Shown here: positions 36,031-46,335 of the stretch, piece by piece
Layout: every line of letters begins with the position of its first letter
Position numbering within the stretch: position 1 is the stretch's first letter
Assembly: GCA_947167635.1 (NCBI GenBank)
Contig: CAMVIT010000007.1
Span: 6,094 to 70,093 of the forward strand
Length of the DNA stretch: 64,000 nucleotides
Reading direction: 5' to 3'
From: an uncultured Bacteroidales bacterium
GTDB taxonomy: Bacteria > Bacteroidota > Bacteroidia > Bacteroidales > WCHB1-69
Translations under genes and position numbers: made by a program
Notes under the pieces: generated by a model
Told to the model about the DNA's origin: nothing
What the model saw: only the letters and a program-made list of their open reading frames with translations
The model's database searches: none

Positions 36031-36602
36031 TTTTGTGGAAGCTCTTCTATACTTTCCTGAAAATAGGCATTTTTACATTCGGCGGCGGATATGCCATGAT
36101 CGCCCTTATCCAGAACGAAGTGGTGGAGAAAAACGGCTGGATGACGGCACAAGAGTTCACGGACATCGTGGCCACGTCGCAGCTCACGCCAGGTCCCGTC
36201 GGCATAAACACAGCCACCTACACGGGCTACACCGCCGTGGTCAATGCGGGCTACAGTTCCTCACTCGGCATCGCGGGCGCCTTTCTCGCCTCCTTCGCCG
36301 TGATTCTGCTCCCCTTCATCATGACTCTCATCGTCAGCCGGCTGCTGCTCAAGCACAAGGACCACCCTTTGGTGACCGACACCCTGTCCGTCCTGCGGCT
36401 CGCCATCGTGGGGCTCATCGCCGCCGCCGCATTGCTGTTGCTCACCCCTGAGAACTTCGGCACCCCAGGCACGAATATGCTGCAATTCATCGTCAGCAGC
36501 ATCCTCTTCGTCGCCGTCTTCATCGCCTCCTACAAATTCAAAGCCAGCCCCATCTTGATCATCCTGATCTGCGGAATAATCGGGTGTGTGGTGTATCTAT
36601 AG
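36027..36602 (+). CDS. chrA: chromate transporter (CHR family, short-chain, second half)
   Basis: LFYTFLKIGIFTFGGGYAMIALIQNEVVEKNGWM. ATGA overlap with the first half. Confidence 0.8.
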   Translation: MILWKLFYTFLKIGIFTFGGGYAMIALIQNEVVEKNGWMTAQEFTDIVATSQLTPGPVGINTATYTGYTAVVNAGYSSSLGIAGAFLASFAVILLPFIMTLIVSRLLLKHKDHPLVTDTLSVLRLAIVGLIAAAALLLLTPENFGTPGTNMLQFIVSSILFVAVFIASYKFKASPILIILICGIIGCVVYL

Positions 36603-36694
36603 TGTATATTGGCTCAAAAACCAATCCATACCCAAACGAAAAGCTCGGAACGAGCACAAAGCGACGGAAATTCTGGTGCGAAAGTCACTGTACT

Positions 36695-37102
36695 TTATCG
36701 CTCCACCACTTCCCAACTCTCGATCCGGCGGGTTTCTGAAGAGAAGTTCACCCCGATTTTGTAGAGCTTGCGCGAATCTTGGGCGAATGGCAAGGCGTAC
36801 TGCTTCTCCTCGATTTGTGCCAAGGGCTCGTCGGCGGATTTGTCTAACATGAACTCGAAAATATAGATGTAATCAGCGGTCTCCAACTCGCTGATGGCCA
36901 ACCCCTCGAACAATTCTTTCTGTCCTTGGAAATACACCTCCAATGTGGTGATGAGCAGACTCTTGCCAAACCTTCGGGGACGGCTGAGGAAGTAATAACC
37001 ACCATCCTTTACCAATCGATGAACAATTTCTGTTTTATCAATGTAGAGGTAATTCTCTTCTCGAATTTTCGCAAATGTCTGTATGCCGATGGGGTATTTC
37101 AT
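36695..37102 (-). pseudogene. internally deleted AAA-ATPase-like / PD-(D/E)XK (PDDEXK_9) family gene
   Basis: The N-terminus ([60 protein letters not shown]) is the start of the Bacteroides 'predicted AAA-ATPase' domain. It runs directly into [29 protein letters not shown]...[14 protein letters not shown], which is the end of the PDDEXK_9 nuclease domain. As I recall this family, full-length members are several times longer. Confidence 0.6.
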
Positions 37103-37121
37103 AACGATGTTATTCCCACTG

Positions 37122-37129
37122 CAAAGATA
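37122..37129 (-). promoter_or_regulatory. -7 box (tatctttg) upstream of the truncated AAA-ATPase-like gene
   Basis: Exact TAnnTTTG, 19 nt upstream of the ATG at 37102. Confidence 0.45.
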
Positions 37130-37200
37130 CAATTATTTTCGGGTTAGGAAGACGATTGGTCGTTTTTTGACGACAACTGGGACAACAATTCTTTGAAAGC

Positions 37201-37233
37201 AAAAAAAAAGCAGTCAGCCATCAGGCCGACTGC
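37201..37233 (-). terminator. rho-independent terminator after the 37286-41713 operon
   Basis: On the minus strand, gcagtcggcc-tgat-ggctgactgc (10-bp stem, one mismatch) is followed by a T9 run. Confidence 0.6.
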
Positions 37234-37285
37234 CATATTGTTACTTAATAATTTACAGTTACGAGCTTGGCTGCTATTTCCCCAA

Positions 37286-38062
37286 CTAAAACGCCAGTAC
37301 GCCTACGCCAACCTTCAGACCGAACCAATAGGCATTGAGGATTCTGTTTCGGACATAACTGTCCGGCGTACACTCACCCGCCTTGTCATATTTGTCGAAA
37401 GGAGGCCCGATACCGAAGCCGCCGAAAGTGGTGCCTACCGAGAGTCCCATGGACAAGCGAAGGTAGTTGAAAAGGAGGTAGTCACGGCCCATCTCAAACC
37501 GCGCCCCGAACAAAACCCCGTGGTCCTTAGTCATTTCAGGATAATGGTCCGCCAAGCCCTGGGGCATCCTCTGGTCAAGGTCGAAATGGTAGAAGAAGCC
37601 GTCAAACGTGAATTTCAGGTAGTAGCCCAACGGAGCATAGGAATCAAACGGATAGATCTTGTAGAAGGCACTGAAGCCATGAGCGGTCACGGTGCCGGTA
37701 AAATTATAGTCCCAACTACCCCAATGATAGTCATATCCATTTGTTTCCTCCCAATCGCGCCACACCCTGCCCTCGAACGGTGACTTGTAAAAATTATACC
37801 CTAACCCCACCGTACTGTTCCGGGTGATGATCATCTCGATGCTCGGATTGACGAAATAATTCAGTCCTAAGTAGCGCTGGGCATGTGTGTTATCGGGGAA
37901 ACGAGCCTTCAGGGCTTCGGTCAGCGGGTTTGGATTAAGCCATGAGGGAGACAGGCTGCATTCTGCGTTAATAAGGAAATGCCTGCCCATATAGCCCGGG
38001 CCTTGGGCAAAGGAGGCCATCCCAAGCATGGTGGCCAAAGTCAGCAATAGAATCTTTTTCAT
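37286..38062 (-). CDS. hypothetical outer-membrane beta-barrel protein
   Basis: Signal peptide MKKILLLTLATMLGMASFAQ, aromatic/Gly-rich strands, C-terminal GVGVLAF. ATGA overlap with the upstream M48 gene. Confidence 0.5.
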   Translation of the reverse strand: MKKILLLTLATMLGMASFAQGPGYMGRHFLINAECSLSPSWLNPNPLTEALKARFPDNTHAQRYLGLNYFVNPSIEMIITRNSTVGLGYNFYKSPFEGRVWRDWEETNGYDYHWGSWDYNFTGTVTAHGFSAFYKIYPFDSYAPLGYYLKFTFDGFFYHFDLDQRMPQGLADHYPEMTKDHGVLFGARFEMGRDYLLFNYLRLSMGLSVGTTFGGFGIGPPFDKYDKAGECTPDSYVRNRILNAYWFGLKVGVGVLAF

Positions 38063-40182
38063 TTCTTCTTTCCTTTCACAAATTCATACAGTTTGTCATA
38101 CATGAACGCATTGACGTAAGCGTCGCTCATGGCGGAAATTTGGCTGTCGTGGCCGGCGAGAAGTGTCTTCCCTTTTTCCAAATCCAGGAGCATCAAGTAC
38201 ATATCGGTATCATAGCGGGGGAAGCCGAACTCAATGGCGGCAGGCACAAAATAGTAGGGGCAGAGCACTCCAAGGAGGATGTTCTGGATTTTGTTGTAGC
38301 CGGCAAAACCGGCATTCCCGCGCCGCACGGCCGCGACACATACGGTGGAGGTGCCTGTGAGCTCATACACATCGTTCATGTCCTTGGTGAGCGGTGAGAC
38401 CATGGCAATGCCATCGCTTTGGAAATACTCGTTCAACCACTGCTGGAGCTTGGCATACTTGTTGTAATCCTCTGTGGAAAGACCTTTCACATCCTTCACA
38501 CTATAGGTGACGGGATCCAATTTCAGCTTTTTGAGAGATGTCCTCAAGGTCTTCAGCAGACGTTCGGCACGCTTGTTGGCCTCTTTTTGCGCAACTTTTT
38601 TCGAGCCATTCGTGGAGAGAACATACTGCGGGTCTGCGAGGATGACGGATTTCACAGTAGCCGGCTTGTTCCGATCCACCACCTTCAGAACCTCCTCGTC
38701 TTCCGCCTGATGGAGAGTGTTGCTCATCAAGTCGTAAAAGGCGGGCTCCTGGTGGATGTCCACCAGCATGTAGTTCATTGTCTTGAACTTTGGGGTCGGC
38801 AACACCTTCGTGGGCTTGCCCTGCTGGCGGATGCGCTCGTATTTGTTGATGGTCGAATCCTGCGGGGTGTTGTCTTCTGTCTGGATGGTGGCGGGGTCGG
38901 TGTCCATGGGGTAATCGGAGAAGTCGGTATATTTCATCTTGTTCTTGACGAAAATATCCTTCATGAGATCGTCAATCACCTCTTTGTAATAAATGTTATC
39001 GGGATGATTCTGACGGGCCTTCCATGCGGCACGCAAAGCTAACAAAGAGGCCTCCTGCTTGCCTATCTTGGCGAAGAAGTGGCTGGTCTGCTGCAGTTCG
39101 CCCTCTACATCCTTGTAGGACTCGATAGTAGCACTCACCTGACCGTAGTTTTTGTGTTTGGAGAGTCCGTAGAGGGCACTCACCATGGCCTCTTCAAGGT
39201 AAGCGTTGTTCGGATGGGCGCGCTGAAGCACGTAGGTATTGTAGAAGGCATGGTCGTAACTGTGACGGGAAAGGAGGATGCGAACGCACTCGAAGCGTGC
39301 CAGCTCGCGCACTTCGTTGAAAAGGGACTCCGGTTGCACAAAGACAGAACGGCCCGTTTCGGACATGCCGGCCACAATGGAACGGGCCGCCGTGCGACGA
39401 CGCTCAATGTTGGGGTGCGTGAACAAGGTGTCCACCATGTCGGCACGACTGCTGATAGGTGTGATGTTGGTTAAGAAGTAGTTGTCCGGGAAATGGTAAA
39501 AGCTCGTTTCCACCAACGTCTTGTTGAAGGGCACCTCATCAAAAGGCAGATCCGAGTATTGCAGCACATCGAAAATGCCGTCAAGCACCGTGTAACTGTA
39601 CTGCGACTGCTTCATGTAACGCTCCAATGAAATGCGGTCAGCCTCCATTTCGTGCGTGCGCGAACGGTTGTGGTACTTCAAATAATAGTTGATCGGGTCC
39701 TTGTCCTTGAGCGAATCCTGATAGGTGTTGAAGGACTCTATGTGTTTCTCGGCATAATGCGCGATTTCATGCCCCAGCACAAAGGCGAGTTCGCTCTCAT
39801 TGGACACTTGTGCCAAAAGACCCATATTGACGAACAGCAGGCCGTTGGCAGTGGCAAAGGCGTTCACTTCCGTGCTCTTTATAATGTACAAATGGATTTT
39901 TGAACGCAGCACAGGATCGTCTTTCAACAAATTGTCGGCAATAGTGTTGACATAGTCGTTCAACTTGCTGCCGTACAAGATGTCACCCTCCATCACCAAC
40001 CGCTTCAGCATCACATTATAGTCGGCAAGATCCTTGTCCGAGGTGGTGATTTTGGCAAAGTCGGCAGGCATGGGGCCTTGTGATTCCAGCGGCTTATAGT
40101 TGACCACCGCATCCTGCCCGAAGGCGAGGACGGACAAAAGGAGAAAAACCGCCAGCAGAAAAAGATTTGCGATTTTTTTCAT
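38059..40182 (-). CDS. M48 family zinc metallopeptidase with a large C-terminal extension
   Basis: Signal peptide; HExxH in LAFVLGHEIAHYAEKH with downstream HEMEADR. About 450 further residues have no motif I recognise. Confidence 0.75.
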   Translation of the reverse strand: MKKIANLFLLAVFLLLSVLAFGQDAVVNYKPLESQGPMPADFAKITTSDKDLADYNVMLKRLVMEGDILYGSKLNDYVNTIADNLLKDDPVLRSKIHLYIIKSTEVNAFATANGLLFVNMGLLAQVSNESELAFVLGHEIAHYAEKHIESFNTYQDSLKDKDPINYYLKYHNRSRTHEMEADRISLERYMKQSQYSYTVLDGIFDVLQYSDLPFDEVPFNKTLVETSFYHFPDNYFLTNITPISSRADMVDTLFTHPNIERRRTAARSIVAGMSETGRSVFVQPESLFNEVRELARFECVRILLSRHSYDHAFYNTYVLQRAHPNNAYLEEAMVSALYGLSKHKNYGQVSATIESYKDVEGELQQTSHFFAKIGKQEASLLALRAAWKARQNHPDNIYYKEVIDDLMKDIFVKNKMKYTDFSDYPMDTDPATIQTEDNTPQDSTINKYERIRQQGKPTKVLPTPKFKTMNYMLVDIHQEPAFYDLMSNTLHQAEDEEVLKVVDRNKPATVKSVILADPQYVLSTNGSKKVAQKEANKRAERLLKTLRTSLKKLKLDPVTYSVKDVKGLSTEDYNKYAKLQQWLNEYFQSDGIAMVSPLTKDMNDVYELTGTSTVCVAAVRRGNAGFAGYNKIQNILLGVLCPYYFVPAAIEFGFPRYDTDMYLMLLDLEKGKTLLAGHDSQISAMSDAYVNAFMYDKLYEFVKGKKK

Positions 40183-40186
40183 TTTT

Positions 40187-41713
40187 TTAGAAATTTGCAG
40201 AAAGGTGGGAGATATTGACCGTCTTTTTCATATTCTCGACCACGATAAAGCCGTCATCTGTCTTGAAGAGAGGGGTGGTGATCATGCGTTTGGCCGTTTT
40301 CAAGTCCATAAGCTTCGTGGTTTCTCCTTTACCATTCTCGTCAATGGTAAGCATGGTGCAACAATACATCTTCTTACCGGCCACAGTGTTCTTGTACACC
40401 ATATTGGACTTGCCGGCATAGTTGGCGGAATTATCGGCGTAAAGAATGTAAAGTTTGTCATTTTCAAAGAAAGGATAATAGGAGACACCCATTCTCTTGT
40501 AGGAGAAACCGGAGGCCCCGGCGGCTGCCATTTGCCGTTTTTCAAAAATCTTGGATTGTGTGATTTCACCATTGGAATCGGTCTTGTCATAGACAACACC
40601 TCTTGCAAAATAGTAGTAGGTGGTGATCTGCATGTTGCCGGCTTTGGTAGTGACAGAGCGCATGGTTTTTTGTTCGCCAAGCAGGATCACGGAACCATCG
40701 GAGCACTCGTAAAGACCTTCCGCCGTAATATAGTGGTCTTGGTTGGGACAGTAGCCTGCAGGAATGCCTCCCGTCGCTTTTTCATGATAATTGCCCGGAA
40801 AATCCTTGTGACTGATGGACTTGAAATTGGAGCTTTTGGGATCATAAACGACAATATACGACCCGTTTTCGTTTTTCTTCAGATCTTTCTTATAATAACC
40901 GCCCATGATAATGTTGCCACTCTTGCCGGTCATCATCTTGCCATTGCTGATGTGGAAATCCAAGGGTTCGGAGACGCTGGAAGAGTTGCTCTCCGTAATC
41001 TCATACATGTACAACACCTCATTGGTGCGCGTATGATTGTTGGGGGCATCGAAGGCATACACGCCCGCAAATGCCACACCTTCGTTGTTGACGGCCATGT
41101 CAATGATGTTGAAATAATCCGACTTGAAGTCGAAATCCAGCGTGTTCTGCCAAAGCAGGTCGCCACTGTTGTCGAACACACACACTACATTGCCCTTGTA
41201 GGAACCTTTGCGCTGCAACTGTACGAAAGCCACCAGGTTCTTGCTCTTGTCGGGCGAAATGGCCGTGGCGATCATGAGGTTGTCCTGCTTCTCAAAAGTG
41301 AACGAGAGAATCTCTTCCGGATTCCAGGGGGCCGCACCACCTGTCGGGGAAACCTTGTTGCCATACAGGGTATAGACCTTCTCCTTGTTGTTGCGGTCGA
41401 TGTAAAAAGCGGCCAGACCGTCTTCGTTGTCATAGCATTTGAGGAAGTTGACAGATTCGGGATGCGTCAGCGTGGTAGCCGTGACCCTGCCATCCTCTAT
41501 GGTGAAGATCTTGTCGATTTCTGTCTTCTTTTTTCCTTTTTCAATAGAAGCAGAATAGAGGTAACGTGTGCCATCGGCCTTCTCGCACCTATGCGTGTTT
41601 AACAAATAAGCGAGGCCTTCGCCCGCCACATCGGGACCCAGCACCGTGATTTTCTGGGCAAATGCCGTCGTGGCAAAGAAGATTGTGCAAGCTAAGAATA
41701 ATAACTTTTTCAT
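40187..41713 (-). CDS. hypothetical secreted protein (beta-rich)
   Basis: Signal peptide MKKLLFLACTIFFATTAFAQ. 508 aa, beta-strand-like composition, no recognised motif. A 4-nt gap to the M48 gene. Confidence 0.55.
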   Translation of the reverse strand: MKKLLFLACTIFFATTAFAQKITVLGPDVAGEGLAYLLNTHRCEKADGTRYLYSASIEKGKKKTEIDKIFTIEDGRVTATTLTHPESVNFLKCYDNEDGLAAFYIDRNNKEKVYTLYGNKVSPTGGAAPWNPEEILSFTFEKQDNLMIATAISPDKSKNLVAFVQLQRKGSYKGNVVCVFDNSGDLLWQNTLDFDFKSDYFNIIDMAVNNEGVAFAGVYAFDAPNNHTRTNEVLYMYEITESNSSSVSEPLDFHISNGKMMTGKSGNIIMGGYYKKDLKKNENGSYIVVYDPKSSNFKSISHKDFPGNYHEKATGGIPAGYCPNQDHYITAEGLYECSDGSVILLGEQKTMRSVTTKAGNMQITTYYYFARGVVYDKTDSNGEITQSKIFEKRQMAAAGASGFSYKRMGVSYYPFFENDKLYILYADNSANYAGKSNMVYKNTVAGKKMYCCTMLTIDENGKGETTKLMDLKTAKRMITTPLFKTDDGFIVVENMKKTVNISHLSANF

Positions 41714-41742
41714 GACAAAAGGATTTTAATTTTTTGAGGGAG

Positions 41743-41750
41743 CAAAAATA
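41743..41750 (-). promoter_or_regulatory. -7 box (tatttttg) of the 41713-37286 operon
   Basis: Exact TAnnTTTG, 29 nt upstream of the ATG at 41713. Confidence 0.45.
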
Positions 41751-42009
41751 ATAAAAAAAACAACAAGGGACTCCTGTTTATCATTTCTCTTAACATTGTC
41801 ACCAACCTTGTGCGAATCCCTTTAAACACCAGGACAGGCAAACAACGCCGCATTATTAAAACAATATCCATTAAACAGGATACGAAAAAGCCAAAAGGTT
41901 GCACCTTGTCGTGACTATTTTTTTCTTTTTTTTCTCATGTATTATAACAACCTAATCATCAACACAGTACAACTCGTTTCAAGACAAAACCAGAGCATTG
42001 GGGAAAGGC

Positions 42010-42037
42010 AAAAAAAATCCCGCGTTTCCGCGGGATT
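42010..42037 (-). terminator. rho-independent terminator of ahcY
   Basis: On the minus strand, aatcccgcg-gaaa-cgcgggatt (9-bp stem) is followed by T8, starting 5 nt after the stop. Confidence 0.8.
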
Positions 42038-42042
42038 ATCTG

Positions 42043-43452
42043 TTAGTATCGATAGAAGTCCGACTTGAACGGTCCCTCAACAGGGACTCCTATGTAGTCG
42101 GCCTGCTTCTGTGTGAGCTTGGTGAGCTTGGCCCCGATCTTGCTGAGATGCAGCCGCGCAACCTCTTCGTCCAGTTCCTTGGGCAGGTTATAGACCCCGA
42201 CCTTGTGGTCATGCTGCCAGAGATCGAGCTGCGCCATGGTCTGATTGGTGAACGAGTTGCTCATCACGAAGGAGGGATGTCCGGTGGCGCATCCGAGGTT
42301 CACTAAGCGGCCCTCCGCCAGGATAAAGATGGAGTGTCCATCGGGGAAGATGTACTCATCGACCTGAGGTTTGATGTTACGCTTGGTGATGTTCGGCTGT
42401 GCTTCGAAGGCGCTGACTTGGATTTCGTTGTCGAAGTGCCCGATGTTGCAGACAATAGCCTGGTCCTTCATCTTGTTGAGGTGTTCCACTGTGATGACAT
42501 CGCAGTTGCCAGTGGTAGTGACGTAGAGGTTGGCTTCGGGGAGGGCGTCCTCCACGGTCTTGACCTCAAAGCCCTCCATGGCGGCCTGCAAGGCGCAGAT
42601 AGGATCGACTTCGGTGACGATGACGCGCGCGCCGTAGGATTTCATCGACTGGGCACAGCCTTTGCCCACATCGCCGTAACCGCACACACACACCACTTTG
42701 CCGGCCAACATGATGTCGGTGGCACGTTTAATGCCGTCGGCCAATGACTCGCGGCAACCGTACTTGTTGTCGAACTTCGACTTCGTGACGGAGTCGTTCA
42801 CATTGATGGCGGGGAAGAGCAGCTCACCGCGCTCCATCATCTGGTAGAGACGATGCACACCCGTGGTGGTCTCCTCTGAAACACCCTTGATCTCTTTGAC
42901 CATGTTGTGCCACTTGTGCGGGTCTTCTTTCAAGATTTCCTTGAGAGTGTGGAAGATGACCGCCTGCTCGTGGTTCTCGGGGGTCTTGTCGAGAATGGAG
43001 GGGTCCTCCTCAGCCTTGTAACCGAGGTGGATGAGCAGGGTGGCGTCACCGCCGTCGTCCACAATCAGTTGCGGGCCTTTGCCGCCCGGAAACGAGAGGG
43101 CCTGGTTGGTACACCACCAGTAGTCCTCCAAGCTTTCGCCCTTCCAGGCGAACACGGAGACGCCCGTGGCGGCGATGGCCGCGGCGGCATGGTCCTGTGT
43201 GGAGAAGATGTTGCAACTGCACCATCTTACCTCAGCGCCCAAATGCACCAATGTCTCAATCAGCACGGCGGTCTGGATGGTCATGTGCAGGGATCCCATG
43301 ATGCGGACACCGTTCAACGGCTTCGAATCCCCATATTTTTCCCGTAAGGCCAACAAGCCGGGCATCTCCTTCTGGGAAACCTCAATGTCCTTGCGGCCCC
43401 AGTCGGCCAACGACATGTCGGCCACTTTGTTTTTCAATTCGTAATCAGTCAT
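42043..43452 (-). CDS. ahcY: adenosylhomocysteinase
   Basis: [26 protein letters not shown]-binding GYGDVGKG, and the C-terminal [10 protein letters not shown] tail. Confidence 0.95.
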   Translation of the reverse strand: MTDYELKNKVADMSLADWGRKDIEVSQKEMPGLLALREKYGDSKPLNGVRIMGSLHMTIQTAVLIETLVHLGAEVRWCSCNIFSTQDHAAAAIAATGVSVFAWKGESLEDYWWCTNQALSFPGGKGPQLIVDDGGDATLLIHLGYKAEEDPSILDKTPENHEQAVIFHTLKEILKEDPHKWHNMVKEIKGVSEETTTGVHRLYQMMERGELLFPAINVNDSVTKSKFDNKYGCRESLADGIKRATDIMLAGKVVCVCGYGDVGKGCAQSMKSYGARVIVTEVDPICALQAAMEGFEVKTVEDALPEANLYVTTTGNCDVITVEHLNKMKDQAIVCNIGHFDNEIQVSAFEAQPNITKRNIKPQVDEYIFPDGHSIFILAEGRLVNLGCATGHPSFVMSNSFTNQTMAQLDLWQHDHKVGVYNLPKELDEEVARLHLSKIGAKLTKLTQKQADYIGVPVEGPFKSDFYRY

Positions 43453-43492
43453 TTCTGTATAAAATTTCGTTTAGCAAAATGGATAAGATTTT

Positions 43493-46303
43493 CTATTTTT
43501 CTGGCTTCAAATCGACACGGGTGTAGTTATCGTAATTGAAGTACTTCTTCATGAAGTTGACGAGGTCTTTGTTGGTAACGGCATTCACCATATCGGCGTA
43601 CTCGTTCACGGCATTCATGTCTTCGCCATACAACACTTTGTTTTGGATATAGCTGCGCCAGAAAGTGTTGGTTTGGATGTTCTTTTCGCGGGTGGAAATC
43701 AACTGCTTTTTCACCTTGGCGAGAGTCTTCTTGTCGGTGCCCTTTTTGCCCACAGTTTTGAGGATGTCAAGGCAAACATCCGCCAGTTTGTCGGTCTTTT
43801 GGGGGCTGCAGCCCAGCATAATCATCAACGTGTAGGTGGGGGTGGGGAATTTCGAGGTAACCATCTGGAGCATCGGGGAATAGACATCACCCATCTTCTC
43901 GCGGACAATCTCCAGCAGATATTGTTCCAGCACATCACCCAGCACGCTCACCGTGACATTGTTCTTGGCGTTATAGTCAAACGGCTGTTCAAAACAGAGA
44001 CCCATCCAGCCTTGTTCCTCCTGACCGTAGTACTCAATATCTTTTTGGATACCTGTGAAATTGGGTTTGAAAACGCTGCCGTCAAAGTTCTCTCTTTTGT
44101 CAGAGGTCTTCATGGAGCCCAAATAGACACAGAGGAGTTCGTCCATCACCTTCTCGTCGAAGTTGCCCACAAAAACGAAGGTGAAGTCGGCGGGGTTGGC
44201 AAAGCGTTCCTTGTAAATCCGGACGGCTTTCTCAAAATCAACTTTCTTGAGATATTCGGGGGTCATCGTGAGTTGGTTCACCAGATAGGGGTCTTGCTGG
44301 GTGGCCTTGTCAAGGAGGGCAGCGATGAAACGGTACATAATATTGGCCTTGAGCATCTTGAGTCCCTCTTCCGTTTCGTTCAGCACCAGTTCGCAAGCGG
44401 TTTCATCCGCACGCGGGTTGGTGAAGAAGGCATTCAGGTACTGGAAGAAGAATTCGAGGTCTTTCGGGGTGGAGGAGCCGCCCAAGCTCTCGGTCATGGC
44501 ACCGATGTCGGGTGTGACACCGGCCTGTTTGCTCTTGAGTTTTTTCACCAGGGAGTTGTAGTCAATCTCGGCGATACCGCTGCGGTCAATGATGTCGGCG
44601 GCGAAGTTGGCGGAAGGAAGATCCTCCACTTTGTAAAGACTCAAGCCTCCCTTGCTGATGGCCGTGAAGAGGATTTCATCGTTCTTGTAGTCGGTTTTCT
44701 TGAGGATAACCTCAATGCCGTTGGAAAGAGTGACCTTTTTGCCCTTGATGGCAGGAATTTCCTCGCGTTTGACGATGGAACCAGGTTTCAAGGTGCCTCT
44801 CTCCACAATTTCCTGTTCCTTGTAAGTGTCCACGTATGGCGTGACATCCTTCAGCTTCTCATTGGTGATAACTCTGAGGACCTCGTCTTTGGCAGGCACA
44901 TTCACACCTTCTTTTTCGGGAGCCATCACGATAGCCACGAAATTCTCAGGTGTAATCCAGTCTTTGGCCAAATCATTGATTTCATTCACGTATATGCCAT
45001 CAATGAGTTTCTTAGCAAGGTTATATTCACGCTTGGCGCCCGGGATGGGATCACCATGCAGGAAGTTGCTCACATATTCAGAAGCATAGCGGGAAGATTC
45101 CGTTTTGTCGGTCTCGTTGGCGGCACGCTCCATGCGCTCCAACAGGGCAACCTTGGCACGGTCGAGCTCAGTCTTGAGGAAACCGTATTTGAGCACGCGG
45201 TAGTCCTCTTTCATCAACACTTCAATAGATTCGAGGATTTTGTTCTCCTTGCTGGCAGCCTGGGAACCGTACATGTCGGTAAGGCCGATGAAGTCGGAAT
45301 ATCCCGTAGAGGCCTGAATGAAGGGGCATTGGGGATTTTGCGCCATTTCTTCCAAACGGGCGTCATACATCTCATTAAAGAGGTCGATAAGCAGTTGTTT
45401 GCGGTAATCACCCACGGTCTTGACGGCGAAGTGGGGGAACTTGCGGACGAGCATAATGGTGTTGCCGGCGGCCTCTTTGTCGGTGCAAACGGCAACGAGG
45501 GGCTCTTTGTTCTTGCCAATGGCATACTGCTCCTTCACACGCGGGTTCTGCACGGCCGGAATGTCGCTGAACAGGTTCTTGATTTTGGCTTCCACCTGAT
45601 CCACGTCAATATCACCAACCACGATGACAGCCTGCAAATCAGGGCGGTACCAATCATTGTAAAAGTCTTTGATGACCTGGTAGTCGAAGTTCTGGATGAT
45701 GTCAAGCAGTCCGATGGGCATACGGTCGGCATAACGGGAATCTTTCATCAGCACAGGCCAGTACTCCTTGCGCATACGGTCGTCCGCGCCAAGTCCGAGA
45801 CGGTACTCTTCGGTAATGACGCCTCTTTCGGCATCAATCTCCTTATGGTCATAGAGCAATCCATGGGCCCAGCCGCGCAGGATTTGCAGGCCGAGGTCAA
45901 GATTCTTGGGATCATCGAGCGGCATGGGAATCATATAGACCGTCTCGTCAAAGGAGGTATAGGCGTTGAGGTCGGCACCGAACACCACACCGATGCTCTG
46001 CAGCTTGTCGATCATCGTATTGCCGGGCATCCCCTCGATACCGTTGAAGGCCATGTGCTCAGTGAAGTGTGCCAAGCCGCGCTGGTTGTCGTTCTCTTGA
46101 TTGGAGCCGGCGTTCACGGCCAAGCGGAATTCCACTACCTTCTTGGGTTGGGCATTCTGACGGATGTAATAGGTCATCCCGTTACTTAATTTACCGATGC
46201 GGACACGAGGATCGTTTTTCATCACTTCGTTCAGGTTCACATCCTGTCCGAAGACAAACGCCGCGGTAAGGACAAGGCTGAATAATAAGATAATTTTTTT
46301 CAT
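43493..46303 (-). CDS. M16 family (pitrilysin/insulinase-like) zinc peptidase
   Basis: Signal peptide; inverted zinc motif HFTEHMAFNG (HxxEH). 936 aa, a two-lobe size. Confidence 0.85.
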   Translation of the reverse strand: MKKIILLFSLVLTAAFVFGQDVNLNEVMKNDPRVRIGKLSNGMTYYIRQNAQPKKVVEFRLAVNAGSNQENDNQRGLAHFTEHMAFNGIEGMPGNTMIDKLQSIGVVFGADLNAYTSFDETVYMIPMPLDDPKNLDLGLQILRGWAHGLLYDHKEIDAERGVITEEYRLGLGADDRMRKEYWPVLMKDSRYADRMPIGLLDIIQNFDYQVIKDFYNDWYRPDLQAVIVVGDIDVDQVEAKIKNLFSDIPAVQNPRVKEQYAIGKNKEPLVAVCTDKEAAGNTIMLVRKFPHFAVKTVGDYRKQLLIDLFNEMYDARLEEMAQNPQCPFIQASTGYSDFIGLTDMYGSQAASKENKILESIEVLMKEDYRVLKYGFLKTELDRAKVALLERMERAANETDKTESSRYASEYVSNFLHGDPIPGAKREYNLAKKLIDGIYVNEINDLAKDWITPENFVAIVMAPEKEGVNVPAKDEVLRVITNEKLKDVTPYVDTYKEQEIVERGTLKPGSIVKREEIPAIKGKKVTLSNGIEVILKKTDYKNDEILFTAISKGGLSLYKVEDLPSANFAADIIDRSGIAEIDYNSLVKKLKSKQAGVTPDIGAMTESLGGSSTPKDLEFFFQYLNAFFTNPRADETACELVLNETEEGLKMLKANIMYRFIAALLDKATQQDPYLVNQLTMTPEYLKKVDFEKAVRIYKERFANPADFTFVFVGNFDEKVMDELLCVYLGSMKTSDKRENFDGSVFKPNFTGIQKDIEYYGQEEQGWMGLCFEQPFDYNAKNNVTVSVLGDVLEQYLLEIVREKMGDVYSPMLQMVTSKFPTPTYTLMIMLGCSPQKTDKLADVCLDILKTVGKKGTDKKTLAKVKKQLISTREKNIQTNTFWRSYIQNKVLYGEDMNAVNEYADMVNAVTNKDLVNFMKKYFNYDNYTRVDLKPEK

Positions 46304-46335
46304 AAAAAGGGTTTTGATGATTGATGATTATATCT

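Noticed and set aside
43643-46189. 848-aa plus-strand ORF
   Set aside because: It lies antisense to the M16 peptidase gene, which carries HxxEH. Shadow ORF.
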